A stretch of 64,000 nt of DNA from Callorhinchus milii. Taxonomy: Eukaryota. The stretch is taken from NCBI RefSeq assembly GCF_018977255.1, contig NW_024704743.1:101868001-101932000 (forward strand). The letters are read 5' to 3'. Shown piece after piece: positions 59,251 through 64,000 of this stretch. The stretch's first letter is position 1; each line of letters opens with the position of its first letter. Under the pieces are notes generated by a model. That model saw only the letters and a list, made by a program, of their open reading frames with translations, was not told the DNA's origin and did not search any database. The translations under genes were made by a program, and so were the position numbers.

Positions 59251-61454
59251 ATTATTAGTGTGATTTTGAGTGCCTTTTTCAGTCCTGACTATTATATAAA
59301 TTGCCGCATATGTGAGGTACCAGAGGATTTCTGTGTCCAGTTTGAAATCATGCAAAATGTGATATCAAATTAGAGCGAAATCCTTCACGTAACAAAACAA
59401 TTTTTAATCAATATTCTGTCAGGATAATATCAGGAGGGATCCAGTTTCAGATACACTGCCAGTTCTCTTGTACTTCGATCGAGTAACAATTTGTAATGTG
59501 TGAGATTAGTCAGTGACACGAGCTTTGTCAAACTGTGGTGATGGTTCTGAGACTTTTGTCACTCAACAAGAGATACTGGCATGTGGAAAGGGCCTGGTAA
59601 GTTCTTGTTCAATTAGGACAAGCTATCTTTAGAGCTATTCCCTGGCCAACCTACAGAATCATTAAAGAAAGCAACAGTATCACTATAGTGAAGAGATGCA
59701 CAACAAGGTTTCAATAGAAGGGTTAAAAGATGGAAGAGTGAATAGTTGGTTGAGATTTTTTAAGGAGAGGGTTGTTAACATGTGAAAAGGTTTGCTCAGG
59801 CAGAAGATGGAGGCACATAATATGGACAGTTAATAATCCTTGCATTTGATATAGCACCTTATCACGTCGTCGAGACATCTCAAAAACTTCACAGGATTTT
59901 TACAGGTTTCACCTGCAAAAAATACAGTCAATTCACTTTACATATATTCTATGAGGTTCTTTAAGATATCTTAACAATGTGATATTGCGCTACATCCAAA
60001 TGCAAGGATTATTATTATATTATTATTTTACTGTGAAGTATCAGGACTATTTCTAGGCAAAAGTTTCAAGAAGGGATTGTATGAATCATTAATGGCAAAG
60101 GGTATTGTAGGTAAGTGAGATGTTGAGAGATGATACTTGAAAAAGAGATTGTCTAATGGAACGGTAATGGTTTTATCCGATCCTATAATTGAAGACACAT
60201 CTGTGTGTATAAGTGACTGAAAGTGTTCCTTGCCCTTATAGTGGCCTCTTCCGCTTTCTGTGAACTTAGAAACCCAAGAGAATGAAAAGCTAAGTTAATC
60301 TGTCATTGAGAAAATGTTGTTCCACCTACATTGGGAGAATGCGGCAAAACAATGTCAATTGTAATTACAGTCACACCACATGGACTACAAGACGCCTGCA
60401 GACTCATATTGTCGAAGAATTGTCCTTGTCAAGCCAACAGAAAAAATCAAATGCCAGCAGGTTGCTCGTCTCTTATCTATCCGTTCAGAGATGGTTTCTT
60501 CATCTGTTTGATGAAGAGTTACTGACAGGTTCAGGAAATGTTTTATCCCCATTGTGCAAACTGCTTTTTCTTGAAAATTGTAGGAAATGCAAGAAAGAAA
60601 TTGATCCAAAGAGTGTTCACATATCACTTTGCATTAGGAGCATTCACGGTGATGGGAGATTTTCAAATATTTGGCTTTATCTGTTCTACCAGTACCATTT
60701 ACTGGTTTGAGACTAACCTACACTGGTTGGTAGAATGCATTTAACTTCTCAAGCGTGGAAGGCAAATCTCTGAGTTTAGACTGTCAGTAGTGCTGCTTTT
60801 TATACCCACATCAGTCATTTTATACAAGGCAGATGGAAAATCTTAATCTGATTTCAGGAATGCTTGGATTTGTAAAACATCTCTGCACTGTCCAACTACA
60901 CAGTCAGTTGGGGGCAGGAACAAAATGTTGGACATTAAGCACAAATAAAATCAGCAATTGCACATCATTTTACTCATTTGTCGACAAAAACGCAGTCATT
61001 ACACTTTAAAGTAACCACAAGGCAATTTCAATCTTTCTTATGAAACCATTGCCTTTCATCAAAAATTCCCATCAAGCTAGGTTTATTATTCTACCCTAAT
61101 GTAAGATACTTCTTTAACAAGTTACATGAGAAACATGCACCTACTTTAATGGTCTTGTGTCAGCAGGGAAATGTATGCTAAACCCACAATTAATACCACT
61201 GCTTCATTGTGGCATCATGTGGATTAAAATGTGATCTTTATTTTCATAGTTTTGGGATCACAAAATTGCAACATTATACTGTCCTTTCTGTAGCATGATC
61301 AGGAAATAGAGCTAACAAAGTAGAGATTTGGGATTATGGTTCATTGAACATGATGAAAATATTAGGAAAAGTTAAGAAATGACTGGGAGAAATTACACTG
61401 GATTTCTTGTTTATCACTAAACACTGCACTTACACAATCATATAATCATATTAA

Positions 61455-61750
61455 CAGAGGTGCCACCCTTCACTGAGACATTAACCCAAGGTCCTGTCTG
61501 CCTGTTCAGGTGGTTATTAAAAATCCCTTGGCGCTAATTGAAAAGATAAGGAAGTTTCTCCAAGTGCACCGGTTAAACATCTCCAGATAAAATTGATTAT
61601 TGATTTCATGGCTGTTTGTATGACAATACTGTGTGAAAACTGACTGTTGCATTTGTCTACAGATATACAGTCACAACACTTTTCAGTAAAATCCTGTGGA
61701 ACACTTTAAGAAGTTTTGACGTTGTAATAATGCAAAAATTATTAATATTA
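61455..61750 (+). mobile_element. Old Deu-domain SINE 3' part
   Basis: GAGGTGCCACCCTTCACTGAGACATTAACCCAAGGTCCTGTCTGCCTGTTCAGGTGG core. Confidence 0.75.
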
Positions 61751-62089
61751 TTCCTAAATTTAAAGTGTCCATGATTCTATCAACCTAAGAATGATATTGT
61801 AAATCCGTTCAGATTCAATGTGTAAATAACATATTTAAGTGATTATTTGTTTTTATAACAATAATCATTGCATTTGATATAGCACCTTATCATGACTTTG
61901 AGACATCTCAAAGTGCTTCACAGAATATACTGTAAAGTGAATTCACTGTATATTTTGTGGATGAAACAAAATTTCAAACCCAAATTAAAGGTTACTTGAT
62001 TTAATTTATTCCATTAAATCAAATAACTTCTAACTGCATGAGTGGATAAATACATTTTGTGGTGTGGTGTTGCCCATAGAGACTAGAAA

Positions 62090-62410
62090 GCACCAAGGTG
62101 AACCTAGCTGCATTCAGCTGGGGCGGCAACAGAGTTTGTACAGTTGGCTTCAAAAGCCTTGGGTGAAGGAGGAGAACAATCAACCAGAGCTCCCATTCCC
62201 AATCACTATTCAGTGACCTTTGCTGGAATTTGTGTGTGGAAGTCGAATCAGAACATAACTGGGTCTCAGCTGTGGTCTCCATGATTCACTCGGCTGACAA
62301 CATGCATTAGTCTCACACATGAAGAATAACTACTGGAGCAAGGTACTGGAGGTGCCTTTGGTGTTGATGCCTGTTGAGCTTAATCCAGCAAGAGCCAAGG
62401 CCTGCGGGAA
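62090..62410 (+). mobile_element. Ancient SINE-like repeat (third family)
   Basis: Similar to 22085-22390: ATCACTATTCAGTGACCTTTGCTGGAATTTGTGTGTGGA...CTCACACATGAAGAAT. Confidence 0.6.
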
Positions 62411-62649
62411 GGGTAACATATATTGTAACTATTAAAATTACGATATTTCTTAAAATATTCAATAACAAACAAATCTGCCTGAAAGCATTGCATTTGCACA
62501 TATCTAAGTTCACCAAATTCATGTTTGATCTGAAAGGAGAGCTCCACATATATAAACCACATAGAAATATTGAACACATAGAAATAACCCTGTTTTGGGA
62601 ATGGAGTACACTTTCTCCCCGGAGGGACACAACTTGTTTTAAAATACAA

Positions 62650-63162
62650 TACAAACTTACATTTATATAGCACCATATTGGGAGGATTCTCAACCCTGGA
62701 TAATCTAAGGTTTGCACCTTAGCTGGGAGTGGGGGCCAAGGGTTGTGAGGGGGAAGATGAGGGAAGGGGCAAAATGAAGGGCGTCCTGGATGGATGTTTA
62801 GAGAATGGGGGCAGATATGATGAAAGCCTGAACGCTGATGGTGGGGCAGACTAAGCAGGGAATGTGAAGCAGGGCAGTTCTCCCTGAGAGGATGGAGCGA
62901 CCGGATTGATAAGGTGTGAGGAGAATGATGAGATTGAATAACATAAGTCCATGGACAGATTTAAAGGTTCAAGACGAGGATCTTGAATTAGATCTGGGAC
63001 CCAGTGTTGCTGGGTGAGGATGGAGGTGAGATAGGTTTGTGGAACCTACAGTGGGAAACGACAGTAGCTGCAGAGTTCTGGATAGTCTACAACTTGTGAA
63101 GAGAAGAGGATGGGAGCAGAGTGAGCAGAGACTTGGTGTAATCTATCTTGGATGTGACAAAT
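62650..63162 (-). mobile_element. Degraded L2 LINE 3' fragment
   Basis: Minus strand FVTSKIDYTKSLL...LHKL*TIQNSAA...I*FKILVL; tail ACTTACATTTATATAGCACC on plus strand. Confidence 0.75.
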
Positions 63163-64000
63163 ATAAATTATGGAAAATATTAAGTGCAGGATGGCAGGAG
63201 CCAAGAGTTGGGAAGCCCAAAGTGTGTGTTGGGGAACTGCTAGGATTCAACTACCTAAATTACACAGCTTACTTTGGAATACTGTGGACCTGCCTGGCTC
63301 AGGAACTGGACGACTGAGACTGCCACAGAAAATCAAATCCAATCCAATCCAATATTTCATTGTCATGAACGTCACCTTGGAGCCAGGTCAACCCTGAAGA
63401 GACCCCACTGCCTCCTCCCCAAGAAGGACAATGGTAATTGGAAGGGAGGGAGAAAGAGTACATGGTGAGAATGTGAATGTATTTTGCTTATTTCAAGTAC
63501 AAAATATTCAGTCACTGCACTTCAAATAAATCTTGTGAAGCGCTCTGAGATGTCCTTCCATGAATATATCAAATGCAAGAATTATTATTTATTATGAATT
63601 TTTCTGACTGCAGATCTGGCACTCCCAAGTTGAAAATAGCTTGGACTGGCCGTAACCTTAACATGCCCTACATTTTTCTTGTTTCATAGTTGCATTTCAT
63701 CTATTTTGTGCTATGTACTCATGCCCACCAGAAAAAGGATTAACACAGCCCACATATGACAAGAGGATGGAAAGAGAATTTTCACATCCTGAGTCTGAGG
63801 CTAGATTTCATGACACAGGAAGTTGCATCTAATGCACACTCTTAAACACTGTTTTTGCTATGTTGTCTTGCCCACTAGAAACTCAACTGAGACATCATAT
63901 CAAGTAGGGCACTTGCAGTCAGCACAGAGAAGATTTGTTTTCCATCTGCCCAGTTAGATGCAATCCTGCGTCCCAGAGTTGAAACGTCATTGTGCAAATC

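Noticed and set aside
62330..62530. Apparent minus-strand terminal exons IKHEFGELRYVQMQCFQ / ALALAGLSSTGINTKGTSSTLLQ*
   Set aside because: The second piece lies in an ancient SINE-like repeat, the join needs a poor GC donor, and the peptide is unrecognised

Overview
Eukaryotic, AT-rich, repeat-dense vertebrate DNA. The repeat families point to a cartilaginous fish, plausibly a holocephalan (elephant shark/chimaera); this is an inference from repeat content only. No host protein-coding gene could be recognised, and the window reads as a large intron or gene desert. Most ORFs in the track are fragments or antisense frames of retroelements. Contents: (1) many L2-clade LINE fragments, one with a near-intact RT at 36150-37954, in three 3'-tail types. 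(2) CR1 LINE fragments, including an internally deleted copy with ORF1 and endonuclease (32680-35545). (3) A young tRNA-Ala(UGC)-headed SINE in long and short subfamilies that shares its 3' tail with L2. (4) Older Deu-domain SINEs and a third ancient SINE-like family. (5) An internally deleted Gypsy LTR element and a probable solo LTR. (6) Two Penelope-type termini carrying hammerhead ribozyme cores, one a 136-bp unit flanked by an 11-bp direct repeat. (7) A 29-bp minisatellite, a patchy local duplication, a perfect 4-unit heat-shock element, and several TE-free islands that resemble conserved non-coding elements. Boundaries of old repeats are approximate (tens of bp).
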